Positions 1 through 9,803 of a stretch of DNA of 64,000 nt are shown one piece after another. The DNA comes from an uncultured bacterium (GTDB lineage Bacteria; Verrucomicrobiota; Kiritimatiellia; PWTM01): the NCBI GenBank assembly GCA_963744655.1, contig CAVUUJ010000001.1:527835-591834 (forward strand). The letters run 5' to 3'. The position numbers and the translations under genes are program-made. Numbering within the stretch: the first letter of the stretch is position 1; the number at the start of each line of letters is the position of its first letter. The notes beneath the pieces are model-generated. The model saw nothing but the letters and a program-made list of their open reading frames with translations, was not told the DNA's origin and made no database searches.

Positions 1-2354
1 CGGGCCCGCTCCTCTTCGAGCGCCCCGGACAGCGCGGGGTCCGCGCCCACCACCTCGGACCGCGGCGCGGCCAGGAGCCAGAGCGGGCGGTCCGTGGCCG
101 GGTCGTCGTGAGCGAGGAGCCGCTCCCCCGACACGTCCTGCATGCCGCGGTCTTCCAGGTCGGGCAGGATCACGGCATCGAAATCCAGCCCCTTGGCCTG
201 GTGTATCGTCATGACCCGCACCGCGCCCGGCTGCGCGACATCGCGGGTCTCCGCCTCGTCGAGGAGGTCGAGGAACCGGTCGATCCCGGTGCCGCCCTCC
301 GCGTCGAACGCCCCGGCCGCGGCCAGCAGCTCGTCGAGGCGGGACCGGCTGAAGGGATCCGGCGGGACGACAGCCGCCAGCCGGTCCGCCCACGCGGACA
401 GGGCGCCGCGGAACCCCCGCTCCGCCGTTTCACGCAGGATGCCGCGCGCCGCGGCCCCGGCCCCGGTTCCGTCCGGGAAGACCTGCGGGGCCAGCGGACT
501 CATCTGCACGTGGCGCAGCGCGAGCGTGTCGCCCGGGTGCGCGGCCCACCGGAGGAGCGCCGCCAGGAGGGCCACAACCGGGTTGTCCAACAGCGCGGCG
601 GGGCCCTCGTGCAGCACGGGCAGGCCGGGAAGCGACCGGCGCAAGTGGTCGACCACCGCGGCGCCCGCCGCATTTCGCCGGACCAGCACCGCGACGGAAA
701 GACCGCGGGCGGCCGGGTCGAGCCCGCGCAGCACCGCGGCCACGACGGCATGGCGTTCCTTTGGCCCGGGCTTCACGCCGGCGCTCACCGCCGGCTCCAG
801 GTGTGCGAAGTACCCTTCGGGCGGGCGGCCCGGCGCCGAGGTGTGCTTCTTCCAGCCGGCCCGCCACCTCGCGAGGGCGGCCGCCGGAAGGGCGCCGTCG
901 GGCAGGGCGCCGAAGAGGCGGTTGACCGCCTCCATCACCGGCGGCGAGGACCGGAACGACTCGCTGAGCCGCTTCGCCTCGAGGGCGCTCCCGTAACGAT
1001 CGAGGACGCGCCCGAACAGGCGGGCGTTGCCGCCGCGCCACCCGTAGACGGCCTGCTTGACGTCCCCCACGTAGAAGAACGTGCGCGTGCCGGTCGGGTC
1101 CTGCAGCACCTCGTCGACCAGGTTCGCGAGGATGCCCCACTGGACGTCGCTCGTGTCCTGGAACTCGTCGAGCAGCCAGTGGTCCAGCTGCGCGTCCAGC
1201 CGGTAGTCCAGGAACAGCCGGTCGGGGCTGTCCTGGCGCCGCGTGAGGGTGTGCGCGCCGTCCGGCCCGTCCGCGGCGAGCAGGTGCTGCGCGTCCCCGA
1301 AGGTGAGGCATCCGCATTGCCGGACGGCGGCGCCGTAGTAGTCCTCGTAGAGCGACAGCACGCGGAACAGGCCGCGGGTGCGCTCCAGCGCCCGGTGGAT
1401 CTCCACGCCGAGCACGTGGCCCACGAGCGCGGCGGCGGCGAGCGCCGCGCCGCCCTCGAGGCGGACCTCCGCCCTCCTGAAGCGGATGACTGCGCCCCCG
1501 GCGGCCAGCTCGGCCGCCGATGCGAGCAGGCGTTCTGCCAGCGCGCCGCCCGGCTGCTTGCCCGTGGGCCAGACGCTCCGCGCGTCGAAACCGACGGCGA
1601 AGCCGGCGAAAGCCTCCGCGTTGCGCCGTGCCGTGTCGGGCCAATCGGTGCCCGCCAGCATGTCCCGCGCGGCCCGCTCTCTATCTTCCGGCGGGAGGGC
1701 GGTCCAGGGACAGCCGGCGGGGCCCCATATCCGGGCCGGATCGCCCCACGCGCGCGGGTCGGGGGCGCCGCGGAAGCGGCGGCGGAACGGCTCGGTGAAG
1801 CCCTCGAGCCGGCGTTGCAGGCTCTTCTCGCTCTGCCCGAAGGTCGCCTGCTTGAACGCCTCCAAAAACTCGTCCGCACCGGCCTCGTCGGCGCCCGGCG
1901 CGAACAGAACGCCCTCCAGCGCGAGCGCCCGCACCTCCGCGGCGGCGGCGGATTGCTCGTCGGCCAGGGTGAAGTCGGGCGGAATGCCCAACTCCATCGG
2001 AAACGACCGCAGCACGCGGACGACGAACCCGTCCAGCGTGCCCAGCGGCAGGCGGTGCACGCTGTCGGCGAGCCGGCGCAGGAGGCGGAGGCCGTCCGCG
2101 GTCCCGAGCCCCGGCAGGCCGATGCGGCCGCCGGTCAGCCGGGCCTCGGCGGGATCGGCGGCCGAGGCGCAGAGGCGCTCGACGATCTTCTCGAACATCT
2201 CCCCCGCGGCCTTCCGCGCGAAGGTCAGCGCGCAGATCCGTTCGGGCGGTACGCCGCGCGCCAGCAGCGCGATGTAGCGGTGCGCCAGCTGGAACGTCTT
2301 GCCGGAGCCGGCCGACGCGGAGATCGCGGTGTGCCGGAGGGGCGCCGCCGTCAC
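1..2354 (-). CDS. UvrD/Rep/AddA-type superfamily-1 DNA helicase (3' end runs off the window)
   Basis: Own translation of the minus frame from GTG 2354 gives VTAAPLRHTAISASAGSGKTFQLAHRYIALLARG (Walker A), TFARKAAGEM (motif Ia) and LLDEFQDTS (motif II, near 1150-1180). The frame stays open to position 1, so it is absent from the ORF track. GTGA overlap with the upstream stop at 2351-2354. Confidence 0.85.
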   Translation of the reverse strand, partial: MTAAPLRHTAISASAGSGKTFQLAHRYIALLARGVPPERICALTFARKAAGEMFEKIVERLCASAADPAEARLTGGRIGLPGLGTADGLRLLRRLADSVHRLPLGTLDGFVVRVLRSFPMELGIPPDFTLADEQSAAAAEVRALALEGVLFAPGADEAGADEFLEAFKQATFGQSEKSLQRRLEGFTEPFRRRFRGAPDPRAWGDPARIWGPAGCPWTALPPEDRERAARDMLAGTDWPDTARRNAEAFAGFAVGFDARSVWPTGKQPGGALAERLLASAAELAAGGAVIRFRRAEVRLEGGAALAAAALVGHVLGVEIHRALERTRGLFRVLSLYEDYYGAAVRQCGCLTFGDAQHLLAADGPDGAHTLTRRQDSPDRLFLDYRLDAQLDHWLLDEFQDTSDVQWGILANLVDEVLQDPTGTRTFFYVGDVKQAVYGWRGGNARLFGRVLDRYGSALEAKRLSESFRSSPPVMEAVNRLFGALPDGALPAAALARWRAGWKKHTSAPGRPPEGYFAHLEPAVSAGVKPGPKERHAVVAAVLRGLDPAARGLSVAVLVRRNAAGAAVVDHLRRSLPGLPVLHEGPAALLDNPVVALLAALLRWAAHPGDTLALRHVQMSPLAPQVFPDGTGAGAAARGILRETAERGFRGALSAWADRLAAVVPPDPFSRSRLDELLAAAGAFDAEGGTGIDRFLDLLDEAETRDVAQPGAVRVMTIHQAKGLDFDAVILPDLEDRGMQDVSGERLLAHDDPATDRPLWLLAAPRSEVVGADPALSGALEEERA

Positions 2355-5188
2355 GGTTCGCCCCCCCCCCGCCGCGGCACCGGCAGCTCCAGGAACGCGT
2401 CCCCGGCGCCCCTCTGCCACAGCCTCTCGAACGCGTCGTACGCCACACCCGGCGCGGGCGGCCAGAACACGCCTGCGGCCACGCGCCGCGCGACCTCGCG
2501 GGCGCAGGACGCGGCCGACGCCTGGAGGGCCTCCCCGTAGTCCGCCCACGGCGACACGCCAACGTCCGTCACGGCCTTCGGCAGGTTGAAATAGGCCAGT
2601 TCCGCGGCGGCGGCGGGCGTTCCCGCGAGAAGCATCCGGTAGACGGGAAGCTGCAGGTCCGTCCACCGCTGCGCGCCGTCGGGTGTCTGCGCGTACGCGG
2701 GCGTGGTCCCGCGGGACCGCGCGAGGTGAGACGTCCGGGGATCCACGCGCTTGTCCGAGGTCTTGAAGTCGACGATCCTCCAGCGCCCGGTCTCGCGGTG
2801 CCGCTCCAGCCGGTCGATCCGGCCGGTGACGCGCAGGCCCTCCAGCGTCATGTCGTACGCCGCCTCCTGAGCGACAGGCTCCCAGCCCGCCTCCCGCTCG
2901 GCCGCGAGCACGAACGCCGCGCGCGCGAGCCGCTGCCGGGCGGAGTGCAGCGCGACCTGCACGGTCAGGGGAAGCCGGCTCCCGAAGCGGCGCCGGAAGG
3001 CCTTCACGACGGCATCCTCCAGGAACGCCCCCGTGCGCGCCGCGTCGGGCTTCTCGCCGCCCGCTTCCCGCCGCGTCCACGCCTCCAGGGCCTCGTGAAC
3101 CAGCGTGCCGAAGTCGAGCGCGTCGGGCTCGATCTTGCGATCGTCGAGCGGCTCCATGTCCAGCACGCGGGCCAGGTAGAACCGGAAGGGGCACTCGAGG
3201 TACGCCTTGAAGGACGTGGCCCCCAGCCCCCGGGCCGCCGCGCCGGGATCGACGGGCGCGCGAGCCGGGTCGAGCCGGAACGCCCGGAAGAACGGGTACA
3301 CACCCGAGGGGTCCGGCACGGCGCCGAGCAGCCGGGCGGCGCGCGCGGGCAGTTCCCCGTCCGGACACCGCAGCAGCAGGCGGGAGGGACGCAGGGGATC
3401 GCCCGACGTCCGCACCCGGCCGCAGACCAGCACCGTCCGCCCCCGGGCCCGCCGCGACTCGATCATCGCGGTGAGCAGGAACGCGTCGCGGGCGCACACG
3501 GCCGCGTCGTGGCGAAGCCCCAGCTTCCCGCGCAGGCTGTCGGGCAGGAAAGGGTCGGGCGACCAGCCGCCGGGGACGTTCTCCTCGTTGACGCCGCTGA
3601 CGACCAGCAGCGGGGCGTCGTTCCACGGCAGCTCGAGCCAGCCCGCCAGTTCGACGGCCCCCGGTGTGCCGTCCGGCGTCAGCAACACCTCGCGCAGGCG
3701 CTGCCGTAGCAGCGCGCCGCGGGCGGGGCCGCCCCGCCCGCCGCCGTCCGGCAGGGCCTCGGTTTCGTGGAGCAGCGCGTCCGTCTCGGTGGCCGCGGCG
3801 ATGAACAGGTCGTCCCGCGGCCGGCCCCTCGCCAGGTGGCGGTCGCGGTACACGTCCCGCAGGAGGTCCCGCAAGGCCTTCGCCGGACCGTCCGCGCGGA
3901 GGGCCGTCACGTGGGTGCGGCCCCAGGCCAGACCGCGCGCGAAGTGTTCCCTCTCCGACCGGCCGTCGTCGGGGCGGCCGGACCCCGGCGCGGGGGATAC
4001 CACGGAGACCTCGTCCGCATCCGCCGGCAGGTGCCGGTTCTGGTAGACGTCCCACGCCCGCAGCAGCTCCGCCGTGTCGATGCCGTCGGCGGCCAGGCGC
4101 TCGAGCACGTCCGGGTGCCGCAGGAAGGCCCCGAAGGCGGCGAGGTTCCGCGGTTCGCCGCAGGCGAGGAAGCCGTCCGCCAGTCTGCCCACCGGGTGCC
4201 GCGCGAGGGGTCGCGGCGCGGGGTCGAAGACCGCGAGGCCGAGCCGCTCCAGCTGCCGGGAGAGTTCGGGCGCGATCTCGGCGTCGAGCACGCCCAGGGC
4301 CGCGTCCCCCGGGCCGAAGCGCTCCGTCTCCGCGGCGAGCACACGGACGACCTCGGCCGCCTGGGCGCGCGGGGTGGAGACGGGGCGCAGGTTGCCGGTC
4401 CCGGCGGGCAGGTCGATCTGCGCCGAGGCCCAGCGAGCCGGGGCCGGGCGGCCCCACGCGTCGAAGTCCCCGGCCCGCGCGGCCGGCGCCGTAACGAGTA
4501 CGTCGATGTCGATCGCCTCCGTCCAACGGGCGAGAACGCGCTCGGCCAGGGGCGTGAGATCGGCCACGCCGCAGAGAACGACGCACCGCACGCCCGCGGG
4601 CGGTTCGCGGTCGGCGGCCGCCGCGAGCTGCGCGCGCCCCGGGTCCCGAAGCCCCGCGGCCTGCAGCGACTGCTCGTAGCGTCTCTCCAGGTCCCGCAGG
4701 TCGCGCCACCGGTCCCGCTCGGGGAAGTCGTCGGGCAGCGTGCCGAGGACGGCCTCCGCCGAGAGCCCGGCCTCGGCCAGCTCCCGGCGGACGCCGTCGA
4801 GGAGGCGCGCCATGCCCGTGGTCCAGGCGGTGTCGCGCGGCGGCGGGGCGGGAAACAGGCCGCCGAAGCGCGCCGGGTCGATGGCGGTCAGCGTCGAGAC
4901 CCACGCCGCCAGCACGTCGGTGCGCGAGGCCTCGTCGGGCGCGCGCGCCGCAGGGTCCCGCGCGAGGTAGGCCGGCGTGACGACGGTCAGCGAAAGGACC
5001 GCCCCGGCCGTTTCGTCCGCCCGCCGGGCGAGGTACTCGCGCAGGCGGCGCCCCGACTGGCGGGTCGGCGAGACGACGAGCGTGTCCGAGAAGTCCGCCG
5101 CTCCGCCGCGGGCAAGGTTCCACACGTACTCGCCGACGGTCCGCGCGAGCGGGGCGTCCCATCCCAGGAAGTGGCGGGTTACCGGCAT
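2351..5188 (-). CDS. AddB-like PD-(D/E)XK nuclease family protein (inactivated-helicase scaffold plus RecB-type nuclease)
   Basis: Internal ATG 5188 (MPVTRHFLGWDAP) of track ORF 2351..5863; the upstream part is Arg/Gly-rich and overlaps mutL. The C-terminus carries RecB-nuclease motifs: FKAYLECPFRFYL, DFGTLVHEALE, GRIDRLERH...WRIVDFKTSDK. Confidence 0.85.
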   Translation of the reverse strand: MPVTRHFLGWDAPLARTVGEYVWNLARGGAADFSDTLVVSPTRQSGRRLREYLARRADETAGAVLSLTVVTPAYLARDPAARAPDEASRTDVLAAWVSTLTAIDPARFGGLFPAPPPRDTAWTTGMARLLDGVRRELAEAGLSAEAVLGTLPDDFPERDRWRDLRDLERRYEQSLQAAGLRDPGRAQLAAAADREPPAGVRCVVLCGVADLTPLAERVLARWTEAIDIDVLVTAPAARAGDFDAWGRPAPARWASAQIDLPAGTGNLRPVSTPRAQAAEVVRVLAAETERFGPGDAALGVLDAEIAPELSRQLERLGLAVFDPAPRPLARHPVGRLADGFLACGEPRNLAAFGAFLRHPDVLERLAADGIDTAELLRAWDVYQNRHLPADADEVSVVSPAPGSGRPDDGRSEREHFARGLAWGRTHVTALRADGPAKALRDLLRDVYRDRHLARGRPRDDLFIAAATETDALLHETEALPDGGGRGGPARGALLRQRLREVLLTPDGTPGAVELAGWLELPWNDAPLLVVSGVNEENVPGGWSPDPFLPDSLRGKLGLRHDAAVCARDAFLLTAMIESRRARGRTVLVCGRVRTSGDPLRPSRLLLRCPDGELPARAARLLGAVPDPSGVYPFFRAFRLDPARAPVDPGAAARGLGATSFKAYLECPFRFYLARVLDMEPLDDRKIEPDALDFGTLVHEALEAWTRREAGGEKPDAARTGAFLEDAVVKAFRRRFGSRLPLTVQVALHSARQRLARAAFVLAAEREAGWEPVAQEAAYDMTLEGLRVTGRIDRLERHRETGRWRIVDFKTSDKRVDPRTSHLARSRGTTPAYAQTPDGAQRWTDLQLPVYRMLLAGTPAAAAELAYFNLPKAVTDVGVSPWADYGEALQASAASCAREVARRVAAGVFWPPAPGVAYDAFERLWQRGAGDAFLELPVPRRGGGEP

Positions 5189-5289
5189 GGCCTCACCGTG
5201 CGAGCCTCCGCGGCGAGCATGGTCCAACCGCGGGGGGATGGCAAGCGACCCGTTGCCGCCGGCCGTGTCCCGGGCCGCCCGGGGCCTCG

Positions 5290-7108
5290 TCAGGCGCGGC
5301 CGAACTTGCGGTACAGCTCGCTGAAGCTCAGGTGGATGAGCGTCGGCCGGCCGTGCGGGCAGGTGTACGGCATGTCCGCCGCGGCGAGGTCGCGGACCAG
5401 CCGCTCGATTTCGTCGAGCGTCAGGCGGTCCCTTGCCTTTACGGCCGCCTTGCACGCCGCGGTGGCCACCGCCTCGACGGACCAGTGTTCCGTGGTGCCC
5501 GGGCGCCCGCCGCGCTCCGCCGCGCGGGCCGCCTCCCGAAGCACGGTCTCCATCGAGAGCGCGCCCAGCACCGCCGGCACGGCGTCCACGATGAAGGTGT
5601 CCCCGCCGAATTCCGACACCCCGAAACCCATCTCGCGCAGCAGGTCCGCGTTCTCGCGCACACAGCGGGCGTCGGCCGGCGGAAGCGCGACCGTTTCCGG
5701 CATCAGGAGGCCCTGCCCCCGCACGCTGTGGGCGAGCACGTCGCGCATGAAACGCTCGTAGAGGACGCGCTCGTGCGCCGCGTGGGGGTCCATGAGCACC
5801 AGCCCGTCCTCGGTCTCGAGGACGACGAACAGCCCGCCGACCTGCCCGACGATACGGCACCACGCCCAGGGGCCTTCGCCGGGCCCGGCCGCGTCCGGCG
5901 CCGACGGCCCCCCGTCGGGCCCGGGGGCGGCCCGGCCGGACCCCGGGTCCGCAGGCGGGGCGAGCGGGATGCGCGGGTAGGTGAAGGCGCGCGCCGGCGG
6001 CAGGTCCGCTATCGGCAGCCGCGGGGTCGGGCGGCGCCGCCGCGGCCTCCCCCTGCGCCGGGTCCGGCTCCCCGGGCCCCGGGCGCGCGCCCCCTGCCCC
6101 AGCGCCTCGCGCACGCCCGGTCGATGACGAGCGTCGCGCACCGCGCCCGCGTGGCGGAACCGCACCTCCTTCTTCGTCGGGTGCACGTTGACGTCCACGT
6201 CGGCGGCGGGTCCAGCTCGATGAACAGGAAAGACCGGCGTGTAGCGGCCGCGCGGGAGCGAGCGTGTGGTAGGCCTCGCCGAGCGCGTAGTCAGATCAGC
6301 GGCGCGGCTGGCGGGGCGGCGGTTGACGAAGAGGTACTGCTCGCGAGCGGTCGGACCGCGCGGCGGCGCGGAAGGCCCGCGTAGCCGGTCAGCCGGCGGA
6401 CGCCGCACGGCGTGGTCCACGGGCCGCAGCTGCCGGCGCCGGCCTCGAGGTGAACAGCTCGCGCGAGACGGTCCTCCAGCCGTTCGCCCGCCGGCCAGCC
6501 GGTACACCTCCCGGCCGTCGACCTCCAGCGAAAGCCCGACCGGGTGCGCCAGTGGCGTACAGCAGGACGACCTGCGCGGATATGCGAGAGTTCGGTCTGC
6601 GTCCGTGCGCAGGAACTTCCGGCGCGCGGGCACGTTGAAGAACAGGTTGCGCACCTCGATACGCGTGCCTCGGCGGCCCGCCGGTTTCGCGCACGTCCTG
6701 GAGGCGTGCCGCCCGCGATGGCAAGCTCCGTCCCGCCCGACGCCTCGCCGGCGCAGGTCTGCAGCGTGAAGCGCGACACCGCGGCGATCGCGGCCAGCGC
6801 CTCGCCGCGGAACCCCAGCGTGCCGATATGCTCGATGTCGTCGACGTCGCGGATCTTGCTGGTGGCATGCCGCTCCACGCTGAGCAGCGCGTCGTCGCGC
6901 GCTCATCCCGCGCCCGTTGTCGGTGACCGCGATGAGACTTGCCGCCCGCCGCCCACGATCTCGATCGCCGATCTGCGTCGGCCCCCGCGTCGAGGGCGTT
7001 CTCGACCAGTTCCTTGACCACGGACGCCGGCCGGTCCACGACCTCGCCCGCCGCGATCTTGTTGATCACGTGGTCGCCCAGGACCCGGATGCGCGCCGCC
7101 TCGCCCAT
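5290..7108 (-). pseudogene. mutL: DNA mismatch repair protein MutL, disrupted by many frameshifts as assembled
   Basis: The N-terminus [37 protein letters not shown] lies in the frame of 7108. [67 protein letters not shown] and VDVNVHPTKKEVRF are scattered over all three minus frames between about 6100 and 7000. The C-terminal dimerisation half (5290 to about 6100) is in one frame. Length is 1819 nt, not a multiple of 3. Confidence 0.9.
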
Positions 7109-7201
7109 GCCCGGACTATAGCACGGCCCGCGACGCGCGAAAGCCGGACGCCGGGGGGCGCGGGCGGAGGGCGCCCGCCGGGGAGGGGCGGGAACCGCCG
7201 T

Positions 7202-8745
7202 TCAGATGATCTCGACCGTCACGTCGTCGCCGGACGAAGGCGTCGGCGGCTCGGTGACCTCGATCGGCTGGTAGGTGGGCAGCACGCGGTAGTAGACCAT
7301 GAGCGTAAGGGCGCAGAACGTGGTGCCGTACACCGGCCCCAACCTCTTCTCCGCTTCCGCGAACGGCGTCCAGCTGCCGTCGTTGTTCTGCGCGCTGAGC
7401 AGCGTGCGGGCGAACAGGTTGTTCCACTGCTTGAAGATCGACTCCCCCGCGTGGTACTTGACCTGCGTCAGGTAGTACCAGATGTACAGCGTGTGCCCGC
7501 CGAGTCCGCCGGGCTCGCCCCACACACAGGTCTTGTCGCTCAGCGTCTGGACGGCCGCCTGCACCTCCGGCGTCGCGCCGTACCCCGTGATCTGCAGGGC
7601 GAGCGCGCCGATCGCCGTGCAGCTCGCGGTGCCTTTCGCGACGGGTTTATCGCGTGCGGTGGAATAGGCGAACATGCCGCGTTCCGCGTCGAACTGCGTG
7701 GTGCGGTAGCAGTCCGCCGCCCGGTCGATGGCCTCCTTGAGCCCGGGCACGTCCGCGCCCGCGATGAGGGCGGCTTTCATGGCCTGGACCTGCCACCCAT
7801 GACCGAGCTGTCGGCGCGGCCGCTGGTTCCGGGCAGGTTGTAATTGAAGCCGCCGTTGGCTTCCTGGCCCTTCACGATGCGTTGAACGGCCCGTTCCACG
7901 GCCGGCTTGACGGAGGGAATGCGCGTCAGCGCGTAGGCCTCGGCCAGCGCGTAGGCCGCCATGCCGTGCCCGTACCCGCCGCCGCCGCCCGACTTGAAGT
8001 CGCCGTTGGACCGCACGTTGTCCACCAGGAAGCGAATGGCCTTCTCCACGGTGGGCCCGTACCGCTCGGAGGAGGGCGTTTCGCCGTGCGCGAGGAACGT
8101 GAGCAGGCCCAGGCCCGTCATGGCCGTAGCCTGGCCGGTCGTGGCCTTCCAGGATCCGTCCGCCTCCTGATGCTTCTTGAGCCACTCGAGGGCCCGGTTC
8201 ACCGCCGCCTCCGTGGCCGTGCCGTAGCGGCCCGCGAAGCGCTGGAGCAGCCTGCCCCGGGCGCCCGCGCTGCGGCCGGAGAACAGGCCCTTCATGATGA
8301 GGGGGCTCTGCACGTCGCTGCGGATGTCGAGCGCGGCGAGGTCCTGGTCCGGCTGCTCCTGGCTGAAGGTGTCGATTTCGGGCGGCTGCTCGAGGGTGAT
8401 GTTCGCGTCCGGCGGGCGGATGTCCGGCGGTTGTTCCTGGAGCTGTTCCAGTTCCTGGTCGAACTCCTCCAGGTCCGCCGCGTCGGGCTCGACCATCATG
8501 ACCTCGATCTCGGGCTCGCGGGTGCGGGTGTTGAACGTGACCAGGCGAACCAGCGCGACGACCAGCAGCACGTGCAGGATCACCGAACCCGTGGGCCCCC
8601 AGAGGTGATCGATGACCTGGCGCGCGTGGTAGCGCGCCCGCGCCTTGATCGTGTCGCCGAAGCCGAGGTCCTGCGGCACCGTCCCGCCTTCCGCCTGCCC
8701 CGCGGTCTCTTCCGGCGCGATCCCGGGCTGATCCTGTTCCGCCAT
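7202..8745 (-). CDS. Membrane-anchored protein with acidic/Pro-rich linker and prenyltransferase/squalene-cyclase-like repeats (TonB position); one frameshift as assembled
   Basis: ATG 8745 (MAEQDQPG) is preceded by GGAGGAAGG. One TM helix (SVILHVLLVVALVRLV) is followed by a Glu/Pro/Asp/Gln spacer, then repeats ALEWLKKHQEADGSW, AIRFLVDNVRSNGDF, AVQRIVKGQEANGGFNY and LLSAQNNDGSWTP. The two track ORFs (7777..8820 and 7202..8815) join if the C run at 7796-7798 gains one base, reading SSVMGWQVQAMKAA. 1544+1 nt is a multiple of 3. Confidence 0.8.
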
Positions 8746-8905
8746 GAGCCTTCCTCCGTCTGCCGTCCGCCACGGCCCGCCGCCGTCTGCGGCCCGTCCG
8801 CGGGCCGGCGGCCACCGCACCTTCCGCCCGCCCCGCCGTTTTGGACCCGCCGGCGGGGCGAAAAACCGCCGCCCCGGCGCGCCGCCGTTTCCGGCACGGG
8901 ACCGC

Positions 8906-9316
8906 CTAGTTCGTACTGACCACCGAGAGGTTGGTCAGCCCGGCCTTGGCGCAGAGGTCCAGCACCTCGATGAGGCGTTCGTGCGGGGCCAGCCCCGCGC
9001 ACATGATCAGGATCGTCTGGTCCGGGTCCAGTTCGGCGAGCTTGTCCAGCAACCGGTCCAACTCGTTGAGCACCACGGGCTTCTCGTTGATCGTGAAGGC
9101 GTCGGCGAAGATGTTGATGCGGATCAGCTTCGGCGGCGTGCGCATCTCGTCCCGCTGCTCCTCCGGCGAGGGCCGGGACACGTCCAGGTGGGCGAAGACG
9201 TCGATCGGCTTGATCGTCACGAGGAAGTAGATCAGCAGCTGGAAGACCACGTCGATCATCGGCGTCATCGGCAGTTCCGCCGCCGGGGTCTCGGCTCGTT
9301 TCCGTTGGCGTGCCAT
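8906..9316 (-). CDS. exbD: Biopolymer transport protein ExbD/TolR
   Basis: 136 aa. Contains MTPMIDVVFQLLIYFLV and a typical ExbD periplasmic domain. TAG stop. Confidence 0.9.
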   Translation of the reverse strand: MARQRKRAETPAAELPMTPMIDVVFQLLIYFLVTIKPIDVFAHLDVSRPSPEEQRDEMRTPPKLIRINIFADAFTINEKPVVLNELDRLLDKLAELDPDQTILIMCAGLAPHERLIEVLDLCAKAGLTNLSVVSTN

Positions 9317-9329
9317 CGGGGACCCTCCG

Positions 9330-9748
9330 CTACGCCTTTTCCTTGATGGCGGCGAACTTGATCTTCCAGAGGCCCGCCGCGGAGCAGGCGTCCATCACCT
9401 TCCGCACGTCCTCGTGCCGCGTGGCGGCGTCGCCGCGGATCACGACCGGCAGCGTCTGCCCCTACTCGGCGACCGCCTTGCGCAGGACGCCGCCAGCACG
9501 GGCCCGGGCACGAGCTGCTGCGCGATGGAGACCCGGCCCCGCGTGTCGACGTCGACGTGGATCGTGCGCGGGTCCTTCTGCTCCACCGGCTTGCCGTGGG
9601 GGGCCATCGCCATGCGGATCTTCAGCTCCAGCGCCTTGTTCTGCATGTCGGCGGTGGTGATGAAGAAGATGATGAGCTGGAACACGACGTCGATCATCGG
9701 CGTCATGTTGATGTGCAGGTCTTCGCTCTTGACCGTGGTGCGTCTCAT
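9330..9748 (-). pseudogene. exbD: ExbD/TolR paralog with a frameshift and an in-frame TAG as assembled
   Basis: Starts MRRTTVKSEDLHINMTPMIDVVFQLIIFFITT. After ..QQLVPGPVLA the conserved tail VLRKAVAE*GQTLPVVIRGDAATRHEDVRKVMDACSAAGLWKIKFAAIKEKA continues in another frame. That tail contains a TAG at 9462-9464. Length is 419 nt, not a multiple of 3. Confidence 0.8.
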
Positions 9749-9803
9749 GCCGTCCGGTCCCCTTCGGCAGGGCCGCCGCGTGCCCGGCGAAGCCCGTTCA
9801 GGC

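Noticed and set aside
108-2540. 810-aa plus-strand ORF at the left edge
   Set aside because: It is antisense to the UvrD/AddA-type helicase, whose Walker A, Ia and DEFQD motifs I could read on the minus strand. The plus-strand product has no recognisable motifs and a degenerate composition.
8746-8905. Hairpin GGGGCG...CGCCCC (about 8850-8875) in the 160-bp spacer between exbD and the toroid-repeat gene as a terminator
   Set aside because: The stem is only 6 bp with a 9-nt loop, and no U-tract follows on the minus transcript. The downstream gene has its own strong SD, so read-through is likely. Evidence is insufficient to call a terminator.
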